Below, in pieces: positions 50,422 through 63,535 of a stretch of 64,000 nucleotides of DNA (position 1 is the first letter of the stretch; each line of letters begins with the position of its first letter). The notes beneath the pieces were generated by a model, which searched no databases, was not told the origin of the DNA, and was given only the letters and a program-made list of their open reading frames with translations. The DNA is from Asterias rubens (Eukaryota). The position numbers were made by a program, and so were the translations under genes. Where the stretch lies: NCBI RefSeq assembly GCF_902459465.1, contig NC_047068.1, positions 14,322,001 through 14,386,000 on the forward strand, read 5' to 3'.

Positions 50422-51669
50422 TATACTAATTATTTGTGTGGTTGACTGGTATTTAGATCATGTGAGACAACACACATTTGACAACAAATATATTCCTATC
50501 TCTCCAGCCATACTATTTCTGTCAATATTGATAGCACTTTATGTCATTACAATATATTATAATAACAAGCCACAATAAGCATTACTGTGCAATCGGTAAG
50601 CTTTGCAATCAACTCGAGGCCAGATTGCAGATTAAACGACCGTTATAGGAAAGGGCATCAGTTGTAAAGCCTTCAAAGTACAACATGTTAATAATAATAG
50701 TCTACCTGTGTATATAGCTTGAGTCTATTGCCCGTATATGTTAAAATGTGATATTCACACGACATCAATTTAACAGTGGTCACTTGCTTTATTTTAGCAT
50801 GTTTGTAAAATGTACCAATGTTTGACAATACTTTACAAGAGACCTTGGCCAGTACACAAGTTGTTGTCATTTCACACGATGAACATTTTGTAAAGTTGTA
50901 TAATAACCATGCTTAAATTTAGCAGTGGACCTCTGCTAAATGGCTCCGTGTGAAAGAGAAGTAAGAAAGAACACATGAAACAGTCAAAATTCACGTTGTG
51001 CAAGCACAGCGCATGGATGAGCCAAGCAGTCTTTCGCTCGACCCCACCAGTCTCATATTAATTTGGATGAGGTGGTCCGTGGAATTTTTGTCTGCACATT
51101 CGAATTGCTTCCTCAAAATATATCCTGATGGTTTTTTAAGGATTCTCTTTTGTAATCAATTCAAAACAAGACTTAATCCGATTAAAAAGCACTAAGAAAG
51201 TGGCAATTCTACAAAAGGAAAAAGAAGAAAAAAAATATTGCGTGCGGGGGACCTAGCAAAATGAGGGGATGGTTTTCTAAACTTATAAGAACTTCCTGCG
51301 ATGAAAACCCTTGATTTTATGATAAATTATTGTCCAGTGCACTCGTTTCCGGTTTCCCAAATGTATTTTCTTTTGCACTTTAAATTGATTGAAATACGGG
51401 AAGGAACGGAGTGGGTGGTGTAGTCTTTTGTCAAGACCTTCGTGGCTTGGCCAGCTTCGTAGCTTCGCCGCGATCCCAAGTGAATGGAAAAACACGTGAG
51501 TCGAGTGAGTGGTCTCCCCTTCCAGTCGCTCGGGATAGCGGCTCTGTGAAGCTGTCCAAGCCATAGAGGCCTTGACATACAGTGGGTGGCGGCACTAGGG
51601 TGATATTTCAAAGAGCTGCTTCATTATTTTAACAGTACTTTCTTGTTTTCTCGTTCTTCTATCAATCAG

Positions 51670-52009
51670 CCCGACTCGTCACGCCGATCTCCGGACTGCC
51701 GTCACCCTGCTGATCCTCCTGGGTATCTTTGTGCTCTGCTGGACCCCCATCGTCGTCCTCAGCCTCCTGGTCACCTTTCAAGATGTCGCCGATGCCCAAA
51801 ACTACCTGACGGCAGCTGCTGTAATAGTCTTTGTCATCCCTGCATGTAACCCTTTGGTGTACTCCATGCGTAACGCGCAGTTCCGGGCAGCTGCAATGGA
51901 CTTTCTGGTGACCGCACGCGAGAGGTTGCCCTCCCAGTGCTGTCGACGCGCGAAGCAGGGGACGTCGGACACGGCGCAAGGGGAGGCTAACCAAGAAGCC
52001 GTTGGCTGA
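51670..52009 (+). CDS. Class A GPCR, coding exon 2: TM6, TM7, helix 8 and C-tail
   Basis: Polypyrimidine tract plus tcag acceptor ending at 51669. ca+c = His restores the frame: RPNKHPTRHADLRTAVTLLILLGIFVLCWTP...PACNPLVYSMRNAQFR...*. CWxP and NPxxY are present. Total 375 aa. Confidence 0.9.
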
Positions 52010-53326
52010 ATGCGTAGGCCCCGTACACAATGTATACAGAATTGAACTCACACGTTGATAGAGGAACAATGATCTGGAATAGGGTCCAGTGTACATGTTC
52101 CGGTACAAAACAAAAACGAGAAAAGAGAAAAGAACAGGACCCCATAGGGGAATTCTAAGTACTGGAGTACCCCACAGGGACAGTTGTGTACATAGACTAT
52201 GGGAAACTGTTTTAAGTACAGTGTAAAAGGAAAGAACAAGGATTGCTCCTCATAGATCCTATTTTAGTAATCGCACTTAAACACTAACGTTGTATAGCAC
52301 CTAACTCTGGTAAGAAAAACATGTGTAAAATGCGTAATCAGGTACACCCTTCACACACAATGACTGTGTGCAAACTCAGAACTGTGTTATTGGAATGTGT
52401 TCCCACAATGTTCACAAATTATGACAATCTTTTCAAATATATTACTCAATTGAATTGTGTTCTTTCAAAGCACTTTGACTGATTATATTGAACAACACAA
52501 GTAATTATACATACATGTATATAAAATGTGACAAAACCCATGCTGTCAATGCTATGGCCTAACACCCCCGATTTGTGTAGGGCATGCAAAGCTTGCCTTT
52601 CCTCATTTCGCGGCAATCTGCAGAAAACGCTCGCTCTGCTGAGCTTGCGACAAAGATAAAATCCAATAAATTGGACTTTTTGTATGCACAATACAACTTA
52701 ATAATAATACACGACAACCTACATCCCATTTCTTTGCACAGTAAAAAAGACAAACAGGCTTGTGTTTACTTTGATTAATGCAAATACACAAGAGAGTAAT
52801 TATGCATCCAGCGGTAAACTTATTATAAGATCGTTTAGTTGACATTTATTTGGTTGATATTCAGCTTTGCTTTTTAGTATCACAGTGGTATTTTGTGTGT
52901 ATAAATAAATAAAAACTTCACAAACAAAAACATGATGTGGTGCTTATCTTCTTAATTAATTATCGTTTTAAGTTAAACAAAACATGTATGTTTTATTGTC
53001 AGTCATTGTCGAATTGTTTTATTCATTTACTTATTTCCCCAAAACCTCAACAAATTGAGAAGATAAAAAGAGTTATAAAAATGACATGAAATATACAGTA
53101 CAAGGGACATAAACACGAAAATGAAGGAACAGGCACCGTGATCACACTTGATCCTGCTAGGAGGATCAAAGGAGGATCTTATCTCGAAAGGGCGATCAAA
53201 GGGAGGTCACCGGCTAGTGTGAACGCGATCAGGATCGGGAACAGATCCTCCTTTTCGACCTCCCTTCATTGCGAGATCAGCAATGTGTGTTTTAAAAGCC
53301 ATGTTAGTAGCTTTTGCTAAGTGAAA

Positions 53327-53710
53327 TATTGGTCAATTACAGATTTTCTACCATTTGCCGAAATGGTGTGCCGCTATAAAAAACAGTATCGACCCATTTC
53401 AGGTTTCCTACCATTTTCCGAAATGGTGTGCCGCTACAAAACCAGTATTGGCCAATTACAGGTTTTCTACCAATTGCCGAAGTGGTGTGCCGCTACAAAA
53501 GCAGTATTGGCACATTACATGTTTTCTACCATTTGCTGATAATATGGTGTGCCGCTACAAAAGCAGTATTGGCCCATTATAGGTTTTCTACCATTGCCGA
53601 AATGGTGTGCCGCTACAAAACCAGTATTGGCCTATTACAGGTTTTCTACCATTTGCCGAAATGGTGTGTCACTACAAAAACAGGTTTGACCCATTACAGG
53701 TTTTCTTCCC
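53327..53710. repeat. ~59-bp minisatellite, about 6 copies
   Basis: Unit ttacaggttttctaccatttgccgaaatggtgtgccgctacaaaaccagtattggcca. Confidence 0.9.
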
Positions 53711-55148
53711 TTTTCTATTAAAAATTAATAACAAGTTCAATGTCTTCTTCCGTATTTCTGTTCTTAAAGGGTCATGTCCAAAATGGCGGCTATATTATGG
53801 CTACGGCTGGATCGCTGCGTCATCATGCGTTGAGCTATAGCAACATCCTTGAAACGGTCATAGCCGTAGCTGTAGCCGCCAAATCATAAAGGCCTTGCGG
53901 CCGAAAAAACACAGTAATCATGGAGCCAATGAAACGATACCGTGCAATCATTTATTCTCAGTGAATCAGTCATCCATGTATACAGTTGAAGGTCGCTGAG
54001 AATGGCAAATTTATCTCTTCATACCAGAAATGTTGTTATAAGAGGACATCACAACAAATCAACACGAAGCTAAAAATGAGATTCAGACTTCAGAATGTAC
54101 TCTTTTATAAGCACTTCTACCTCTTTATAACGCCCTCTTTAAAACGAAAGCCAACCATATAAATCGCCAACAAAAGAAATAGTTCAGCCAGAATAAAACA
54201 ATCACACCAAAAAAAAAAAAAAAACCTTATTGCAAAATTATTGAAATATTTATTGTCATTTTCTGCTCCTAGCTGACTTTAGATGCAATTCGTTTCTTTG
54301 TTTCCTGTATTGTTTTCACAGAATGGGTTGCACGAATTGGCTTTCCCGATGACAGACCATTTTGACATGGTGACACGAACTTCCAGATTAATCAAGCCGC
54401 GTCTGAATTACCCGACGGCTGTTGCGTGTATGCGTGATTCAATATAAACTTCGATGACTAAATTGTGCAAAAATGTCCACAGGTTTGCTATTTAAACCAT
54501 ATGTTAGAATACACCAAGTGAGGACACAAAGGACAAAGAAAGCAGATAAGACATAATGTACAATTTGATGATTTGAAAGGTATCGTGCTTTTCAAATCAC
54601 CATATTGTACACCATGCCCTGAACTTTGAAGGGGCGCAGTACTTTTCCTTTAGTAAGGGGCACTATGATGAGGAAAATGTACATTTAATTTAAAAATGTC
54701 GACCAAAAACATTGGCAACATCAATCAAACTTATAATTTGTTTCACATTTTTCGTTATTTCTTTTGTTAGACATTTCAAGGGCATTAAAAAATGATCACG
54801 CTCAATCTACCTCAGTGCTTATGAAACCCACTTCACTTTAGATCGACTGGAAACCCACAAGCCAAGCCCCCTTTATTCTTACATTGTATTACTGTAATCA
54901 TATATATTTATTTATTAATTTCAAAACTTCGGACACTAAAAACATGTTGACCAGGAGTATTCCATACAGGTACAACTCGTGTAACTTGTTAGATGTGTCA
55001 TGGAGGAAGAAAACATTTTCTTCCTTCATGGTTGTGTTGGCCTTGTCTCAAATTTTCTTGTCTGCTTCATTTGTCCTTTCTCCAGTTACAATTCTTTGGT
55101 TGTATGTTTGTTAGTCCATAGGTGAGGAAACAAAAACATTCTGCTTAA

Positions 55149-55528
55149 AGGCAGTGGACACTATTGGTAATTACTCAACATAATTATTAGCATAAAACCT
55201 CACTTGGTAACGAGTAATGGGGAGAGGTTGGTATAGTATAAAACATTGTGAGAAACGGATCCCTCTGAAGTGCCGTAGTTTTCGAGAAAGAAGTAATTTT
55301 CCACGAATTTGATTTCGAGACCTCATATTTAGAACTTGAGGTCTCGAAATCAACCATCTGAAAGCACACAACTTCGTGTGACAAGGGTGTTTTACCTTTC
55401 ATTATTATCTCCCAAGTTAGATGACCGATTGAGCTCAAATTTTCACAGGTTTGTTATTGTATGCATATGATGAGATACACCAAATGAGAAGACTGTTTTT
55501 TGACAATTACCTATAGTGTTCACTGTCT
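55149..55528. mobile_element. Kolobok-type MITE family A
   Basis: TTAA-flanked TIRs. Confidence 0.85.
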
Positions 55529-57370
55529 TTAACCTTATACCTAAATGTTGTCATTTATCTGCTGTTTACTATCGAATCATTGTGGACAAAATATATTTCT
55601 TATCTCATGCTACTAATACTATTATACTGGGTTATTTCAACATTATTATGTGCATTATTGTAACGAATAACAGCATTGAAATAAATATTACTGATTACAA
55701 AACAAATGGGAAGTTTTCATGTAATATATATTTGTACCCAAGCACAGTCTTATAAGGTATGATGACAAGGTAAATGGATACATATCATTGATTGATTACT
55801 GTTTATCCTGACGTTGCTACGGTTGCTGGTATCGCCATTAATTTGTTATCCAAAAACTTTAAAGGGATGGTATGCACGTTTGGTAATCACTCTTGAATTG
55901 AATGGCAATAAAATACAACTTAAACTTGGTTCAAAGTACAGCAGCTTTCGATAGTATAAGTCATTTTTGAGAAATATTTCAAGAAAATGGCTACGGACAT
56001 TCGCTCCGGATTTGGAAATGAAATGTTCATGTCTTAATGCATACATCTATATTTATAAGGGATTAAAACAATTGAACGGTACCGAAAACCGAATGCTTAA
56101 TTTTGCCTTTAACATTATGCCGTCTGCTATAGCAAAATGTCAATTTCGTGAAATTGCCATTAGGGCCTACGTCAATTAGATTCATGCTCCATAATATAAT
56201 TGTTTTAATAAAACAATGTATAACGGACGTCATTTGGCTTGTGGGTTTCCAGTCGATCTAACGCGAACTGTGTTTCATAAACAATGAGGTATATGGAGCG
56301 TATCTTTGACGGGAGTCACAAATTGCCCTCGAAATTATGAAAACAAAAAACAAATAATAACCTTGATTGATGTTGCCAATGCTTGGCCGACGTTTTTATG
56401 TACCGGTGTGTATTGTGTACGATGCATTTTTATAAAATTCCTTGCGCTCGAAATACGACTATACAATTTCACACAAAACCTTAACATTTCATTGATAGTG
56501 TTCGCATTTTGAGGAAGGCGGTTTCGTTCACGCGAATGCTGAATTTAATTGCACGGCCAGCCGTCGCTGTAGCTTAATAGAGAAACTCAAAGAGGCCCTT
56601 TTTCTGGATGGTATCACCGTTTCGGCTTTGTGAACAAAATTCTCAGTATTTTGAGCTGTAAAATCGATGATAAGTTTTTTCTTCGGATTTTGATTACCTA
56701 TTGTATGTAGTAACGATACGCATTTGATTAAACTTGTGGACCAGACTGGGGTGGACCACTTACTCTTTACGATAAGCGTATAGCCTACTTGGGATCATAA
56801 CACAAACGACCACCCCGTCCATAAAGGCGAAGCGACAATGCCCGAGGACACAGTGGTGTCCCAACTGGGACTCGAACCTCCACACTGCTGGTCAGAAACA
56901 CCTGAGCCAGTACATAGGCCCCTCGCCAAGACACACCATGTAGGGCTACCGTGCCTTCAAATTGATGCTACGAGTTGCTTTCGGTAATGAGAAATACGAG
57001 AGAGTTGTCGGTGGGAAAGAGCTTTCTCTCAGAAGAACTTGAAATGTTCGTGAAGGGACTTCAGAGGAACCTTTGAGTCGCATTCCAATACTGACTGCCC
57101 CTCAGTTTAAATAAGATTCCATTTAGAGTGAGCACCCCTTCTTATGACCCAACCCATTCAAGTAAAATACACTCTTCCTAACTAGTACACACTCCTGCCG
57201 TTTTTTAAGATGATAACTAGTGAAAAACTTTCGGTTTGTTTCAGTCGTTCGATTTTCCTCTCGCCGGCACGAATATTGGTTAATACAAACCCTTCCCTAA
57301 ACAGGGACTCAAAATAAAATGTCTTGATTTTTTTTTAAAGGGGGGGGGGGGGGGGTTGTTAGATGAAAAA

Positions 57371-57441
57371 GGGTCCCACCGAGATTTGAACACGGATCTT
57401 TGGATTCAAAGTCCAAAGTGATAACTGTTACAACACGGGCC
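57371..57441 (-). pseudogene. Degenerate tRNA-Gln(TTG)
   Basis: Colinear with the 17396 gene, with several substitutions in the A box/D-arm and one base lost from the acceptor stem. The B box and a T5 terminator are retained. Confidence 0.7.
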
Positions 57442-58056
57442 TTTGTTGACGTCTAGGCACAGAATTACATCTCAACTACAAGTTGATAGACCAAAATTGA
57501 AGCTTCTTGTTCAGAATTTCACAAAAAGGATAGAGAACTTGACGTTTTGTTCTTCTTTCATGAACAACATCCAATGAACGATCCACAAAGAGGGTCCACA
57601 GTCCAAAGTTATTAAGTGGGTTGATGAAAGCTAACCATGACTGTTTACTCCTTTCTGCTCAAATAACTAAAAAAGCATTACTAAAAAGCCTTTGTTAATT
57701 ATTATTATTATTATAAAATTAAACCTAGACTTGAGCAAAAATAAAATCCAACAGCGTCCAGGCGGACACGATTGCATATGCAAAACCGTCCGGCGGACAT
57801 TATTGCATATGCAATAATGTCCTCCGGATAGTATTGCATAGAGGACTAAATTGCATGCGACACCGGACTTATTTTTGTAAAGAGAAAAAAAGAAGTTATT
57901 TTTGTTACAGATATAAGTCAGACATTGCTCATCCCTACACATCAATTCATATTTCAGTTTAACTGCAGATTTCTGCGCAAGCTGCTTCGAGTTCGAATGC
58001 TTCCTTCCTCCATGATTCAAGCTAGCACAGTGATATTGAATGAACACCTTTCTTAA

Positions 58057-58405
58057 AGGCACTGTACACATTTGGTACTTGTCAAAGACCGTTCTCACTT
58101 GGTGTATCCTTTCACAAGCAAAAAATAACAAGCCTGTAAAAATTTGGGCTCAATCGGTCATCGAAAATGATGAAAGGAAAAACATCCTTGTTGGACGAAT
58201 TTGTGTACTTTCAGATCGGAATAAAAGACTTCTAGCTAGAAGTCTTTTAATATTTTAGTGAGAAATTACCTCTTTCTCAAAAACTCCGTTATTTCAGAAG
58301 GAGTCGCTTCCCACAATGTTTTATACAATCAACAGCTCTCCAATGCTCGTAAACAAGTCAGTTTTTCAGTTAACATTTGTTTTGAGTAACTACCAAACGT
58401 GTACC
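58057..58405. mobile_element. Diverged Kolobok-type MITE related to family A
   Basis: ttaa|aggcactgtacacatttggt and related internal blocks; the right end is degenerate. Confidence 0.55.
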
Positions 58406-59486
58406 ACATTCAGTGGGACATGGATGACTAAGAAGCTTTCAATTATAGAACTTGATGTTAAACGGAGAAAACCAGCCATTAAAACAATACATGGAAAAGC
58501 CGTCAGTCTTTAGTAATTTATACTGTTTTGGTATTATTTTATTAAATTTTACCTTTTCTTCAACACTATAATAACTTAAACACCACACACCACTTACAGC
58601 TTTAAGCATTACAAAATTAGCCACCCATTATGTACAATATAGGCCAACATCGCGAGTATAGACTGAACATATACATATACTTGTAAGTACTTTGACAAGC
58701 ATCATTGTAGATTTGAAATCCGTATGAGATTTGCAAATAAAATATGATTTAATTGTACTATTTTACAAAACTAAAATACCAAAACATGAGCTTGGCTTTA
58801 GTCACTGCTTTTGTCAGTTTGATACGGCCTTGTGAAATAGCCTTTGCTACTTCTATTGACTACTTCTTTATAAACTATTGTTTTGGCTTTGTACCGTTTT
58901 CATGATGTGTGGAAATAAATGTGAGTTTGAATTGAATAGGACGGCACAGTGGATTTAGATCATGTTTTTGATCCGTTTTGTTTTGAACTTCTTACTCTTT
59001 CAATTCAATGGTTTATTAAAAACCTATTCAATTCGCTGCCAGCAGCAGAATCACATGAACTTCCTCTCCCTGCCAGTGTTTTGTTTCATAGTTTGCCGTT
59101 TCCATGGTATTATAATATCGAACCATATAATAGAGAGCCCTGCTGTTTTTAACTGGGGTAACTGACGCTCAAATCCATATAAATGCACAGCGCCCTCTGT
59201 TGATTTCTTACAACAATTGAACTCCAAATAAAGACCAAGGCTTTGTTCTTACTAATTCAATTCAGTGCAACCTCATAATTTGTTTAACTATAAATCCTCA
59301 TTATGTACGAACAAATTAAGAATCCAGCTCTGATCAACAAAAATATGGATCAGAAGAATCAGTATAAAAAAAAAATGCTGCAACTTCCTTCATTACTTTT
59401 ATGTTAACTTCCCAATTAGTTATGTTAGGCTCTTAACAGTGGCTGTACATTTATAGTGTGGGTCTTTAAAAAGTCAGTTTACTTTT

Positions 59487-59790
59487 GGGGCCGAGCGGTT
59501 TAGGTCTGTGGACTCAAATTCTGTAAGTTACAGAATTTGGGTTTGAATCCTGGCCTGTTCAGTTGCCACACTTGTGTAGTCAGTATACTTTTGGGGCCGA
59601 GCGGTTTAGGTCTGTGGACTCAAATTCTGTAAATTACAGAATTTGGGTTTGAAAACTGGCCCGTTCAGTTGCCACACTTGTGTCCTTGAGCTAGGCACTC
59701 TATCATAATTGCTTCTCTCCACCCAGGAGTACAAATCGGTACCGGCGACAGCTGGAAGGTATAACCTGGGATGGACAACTGGCATCCTGA
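59487..59790 (+). mobile_element. tRNA-derived SINE with a tandemly duplicated 106-bp head
   Basis: ggggccgagcggtttagg...gtttgaa occurs at 59487 and 59593, followed by gtgtccttgagc and ctccacccagg blocks. Confidence 0.7.
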
Positions 59791-59968
59791 CTAGGGAAAT
59801 TTAAGAATTATTGTCAGTCGTTTAATGTCAATGAAACCAGATAAAAACACAGACCAGATGAGCCATAATGGCTAGCGGGACAGACTTGACTTAACTTTAC
59901 TCACTTTTAAAAGGTAAGGTATGTAAGTTTAGAAATGTTTGGAAAACAGCTGCTATGCTCTCTTTTAA

Positions 59969-60338
59969 AGCCATTATACACTTTCGGTAAACAGTTTTGT
60001 CCAAGTCCCACACTTCGTGTATCACAACTTATATATAAAATAACAAACCTGTGAAAATTTAGGCTCAATCAGTCATCGGAGTCGGGAGAAAATAACGGGA
60101 AAACCCACTCTTGTTTCCGCACGTTTCGCCGTGTCATGATATGTATTTACTATAAATCCGTAATTCTTGCTATCGAGAATTACGGATATTGTTTTAATGT
60201 TTTCTCAAAAAGTAAAGTATTTCATGGAATAATATTTCCAGAGAAGTCTTTCACCAATACCTTCGGTAAACCCTGTAAATTATTTGTAAATCTGTGAACT
60301 TTTTTCTTTTTTTTCTGTACCGAAAGTGTATAATGGCT
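59969..60338. mobile_element. Kolobok-type MITE with TIR agccattatacactttcggta (related partial copy from 12367)
   Basis: 21-bp perfect TIR; TTAA on the left only. Confidence 0.7.
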
Positions 60339-60752
60339 ACAGCCATGATTATGTAATACAGTATACATGTATACTGCTTTGAACCAAGATAATGTACCAC
60401 ATTAGTGTGAAGTATTAATTGATAGAATTTTCCTTGAAGACCTGCTCAACGGACCAACTGTCTATCTACCAGCAACAACGTTTATACAAAATACCCAAAA
60501 CAGCGAACAACGGAACACAAATTGCACAACGCACAATAAACACCAGCAGCTTGCCTACACGAATATCATCATTGAACCAGTAAATTTCAGTTCGGACCTT
60601 GACTGATTTTGTTTTCCAAGGTGCGTGTTTTTTTCCCGAGATTATTAAAGATTTGTACGCAATCAGTCTCAGTCGAAGTTGTGAGTAAAGCAACGAATGA
60701 CAGGTGATCCATCACGAATGATAAGAATCGAGCCAAGCAGATAGGTTTGTTG

Positions 60753-60906
60753 TTATCCGAGAATAATATCAGTTGTCAGCTCGATCCCTTTGAGTGTATA
60801 GAAAGTTATATCACCGTTATCTACAACAGCAACCAGGAGTGTTATGGTACTAGCCTGCTGTAGGAGGCGGGCTAAAGTTAGAAGATCTGGAACAGGGTCG
60901 CTCACT
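60753..60906 (-). CDS. TSEN54: TSEN54 last coding exon VSDPVPDLLTLARLLQQASTITLLVAVVDNGDITFYTLKGIELTTDIILG*
   Basis: Acceptor ttctccttctcttttccgtacag, phase consistent with the previous exon. Aligns by eye with the recalled vertebrate TSEN54 C-terminus (EPVPDL...FALVDHGDISFYSF). Confidence 0.92.
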
Positions 60907-62493
60907 CTGTACGGAAAAGAGAAGGAGAAAACATCAGATGACTATTGATAAGTCCCATATTTTGTTTTAAAGAAAATACTGTATAAGGGTTTTACTGTAC
61001 ACCTCTCAGTGCTTTTAAAGTCCTGCAGTATACTACTACATTGTACTACTACATGTAATAAGCCTCAAGAGTATTATTTCAATTCATAAAATGCCTACAT
61101 TATCAAATTAAGATTAAATATTTATAAGTCTACTTGTTTTTTATATTCCTTTTAAAAAAGAATGCAAGTGCCAGCACGCCTACACTGGTGAATGAACACA
61201 AAATCTGATAGTGTTTTGTGACTTCTACTAGCACTATAGTACTACTATTTCTGTGCTACTACTACTACTACTACTACTATATACTTTTATAGCGCACTTA
61301 TACTCTGATTTTAAGCACTACTGTGCTATTGTCCTTGCAAACTGTTAAAACCAGGGTAACATCACCAAGAATGATAAAGATACAAAATATGAAAATAATA
61401 CATTCACAAGAGCAGATATTATAAAATGAGAAACAGCGGCAAAAATACAAGGATACAAAATTACAAAAAGAATACATATTCACAGAAAGAATGTATTTTC
61501 ACAGAAGCAGATATTACACACGTATAACATGAGTAACAGTGCCCCCAAAATACAAAATAACACAAAGAATACATTCACAGAAGCAGATATAATAACACGA
61601 GAAAGGCAATCACAAAAGATGACAGAAATCAACAAGTTGCAGATTGGGGTTTATCACAGATATTTGAACAAGTGTGTTTTCAACAAGGATTTAAATAATG
61701 GCGAAATTCCCACTCTATGACCAATGTCATGGAGATGGTAATCAATCATTACATTGTGCATCTGGGAGCAATGTTTGTTGGGAGAGGGTTGGCAGAGCCC
61801 CTCGCCCCTCCCCCCACACACATACTCAGAGTCATAGCCCCCCCCCCCTACTGCCATCCCAAAACATGATTGAAAAATGCACAGATCAATTCAACTTTCA
61901 TGTATTTCCAATTCATTTAGGTAAACAAAACACAAGGTAGTGAGTAATGAATAATATTTTACAAGCAAATACAGTAATTATAACACAGTGAAGTAATACA
62001 ATATGAAACAAACATTAACAAGCAAAGGCAATCATATAAAAACCAATAAAAACACATGGTGATGGAGTTGGAGGGGGCCAATAATAAGCAAAGCTTGTCG
62101 AGTACAGACCACCCCCCCCCCCAACGAAGAAAGCAATACCACCATTCTATTAGGCAGTGAATGGTTTGATACATTCAAATGGAAAAAAATGTGTCTTTGC
62201 TCCTGCTTCTCACCCCCAACCAGATGGCAGTGTCCGGTTACGCCATTGCTGGTGAGCACACAATCTTGCTTAACACAGAAAAATCCCGCTAAGCAGAATA
62301 AAATTACCAGGCAAAATAGCATGTTGTGATTGTGTAAGCACAATATTATTAATATTATATTGTGTATGGCTGATCCTTGCTTCATAGAAGACAAAACTTG
62401 CAAAGCCTATTCTGCTTAGCAGCACAACGAAACCGGGCCCATTAATTTTGGTTTGAAAGGAGAACCTACATGTATATTTCTTATGAAACCTAC

Positions 62494-62610
62494 CTTGCAA
62501 CTACGACATGAAACTTTGGCCTGCCTGGCTGAGTCTTCTTGAAGGTTGGACTGGGATGGAAAACGTCAAATGCTAGCTTGACATTATTAGAGCCCTGTGT
62601 AGGGGACAAC
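62494..62610 (-). CDS. TSEN54: TSEN54 exon (R)LSPTQGSNNVKLAFDVFHPSPTFKKTQPGRPKFHVVVA(R)
   Basis: Acceptor ctctctctgtctatgtccatgtttag, donor aag|gtaggt, 117 nt, phase 2 to 2. Carries the FDV...FKK..PG.P motif typical of Sen54 proteins. Confidence 0.88.
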
Positions 62611-62849
62611 CTAAACATGGACATAGACAGAGAGAGAGTGAGTGAGGGGCCTGCAATTATAATGCAGGTATGAGACTGTTTGAGAAAGAGAGGTTCTGAA
62701 AATTAGAAAACCAGACCTTATTTTCATTTTATTTTATGCAAGTCGCCAGACACAATAATTTTTTCGATATAGGGTTTGGTATAGGGTTTGGTATAATCAA
62801 CCCAAAGCCTGGCTGGTAGAGCAGAAAGCACTACCTCCCCAATTTTACA

Positions 62850-62940
62850 GAGCAAGTGTCACGAGTGGAATTCAAGCCCACGCTCTATTTATCAAACACC
62901 AGAGCTTGAATCCGGTGCCTTCCGCTCGGCCATGACACGC
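62850..62940 (-). mobile_element. SINE head fragment (another at ~56840-56940, minus)
   Basis: Reverse complement resembles the tRNA-like head of the 2899 SINE. Confidence 0.55.
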
Positions 62941-63219
62941 ACAATTTATCAGAAGAAGTCTATAGATATCACTTCAAATAGAATTTAAAGATTTTGTAAT
63001 AACACGAGCCATGTCTCTCAACCTTGAGATAGTGAGTTCACATCTGACGAGAAAATCTGAAGGCAAAGTGATGTCATGTTCACTGTAACCATTTAGCAAT
63101 TAAGAATGCCCACTGACCGGGATCAAGCAGGTTTATAACGGCTGCTTGTGCCAAAAAATAAGTATTAAAATTAGTAGAGAGGGTCAGAAGAATGTAACGG
63201 AAGGATGATAAAAACTCAC

Positions 63220-63280
63220 CTTGTATGTTCTGATGTCATGTAGGAACTTGAGATAACCTGTAGTTTATTAAGTATATTGC
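63220..63280 (-). CDS. TSEN54: TSEN54 exon (G)NILNKLQVISSSYMTSEHT(R)
   Basis: Acceptor tttgtttctacag, donor aag|gtgagt, 61 nt, phase 1 in and phase 2 out, no stop. Confidence 0.85.
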
Positions 63281-63535
63281 CTGTAGAAACAAATGATGAA
63301 ATCAAATAGTTTCAATAAATTTATCTCGTATCAAGCCATTGGAACACTGTTAAGGGAGAACACTGATAATAAGCAATCAATCCGACAGTAAAAGCCACGT
63401 AAAATATAAAGATCCCGAACAAATTACCCTAAGAACCTACCAGAAAAATATTTCAAAATGACACCAGTAAAAAATGATAAAAGGAGAATACACAAAATAC
63501 CAAGTCATTGGTCAACAATCCAAGGTAACACTAAC

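Noticed and set aside
51662-52108. 148-aa minus-strand ORF, and the similar 20168-20587 plus-strand ORF
   Set aside because: Both are shadows of real exons on the opposite strand.
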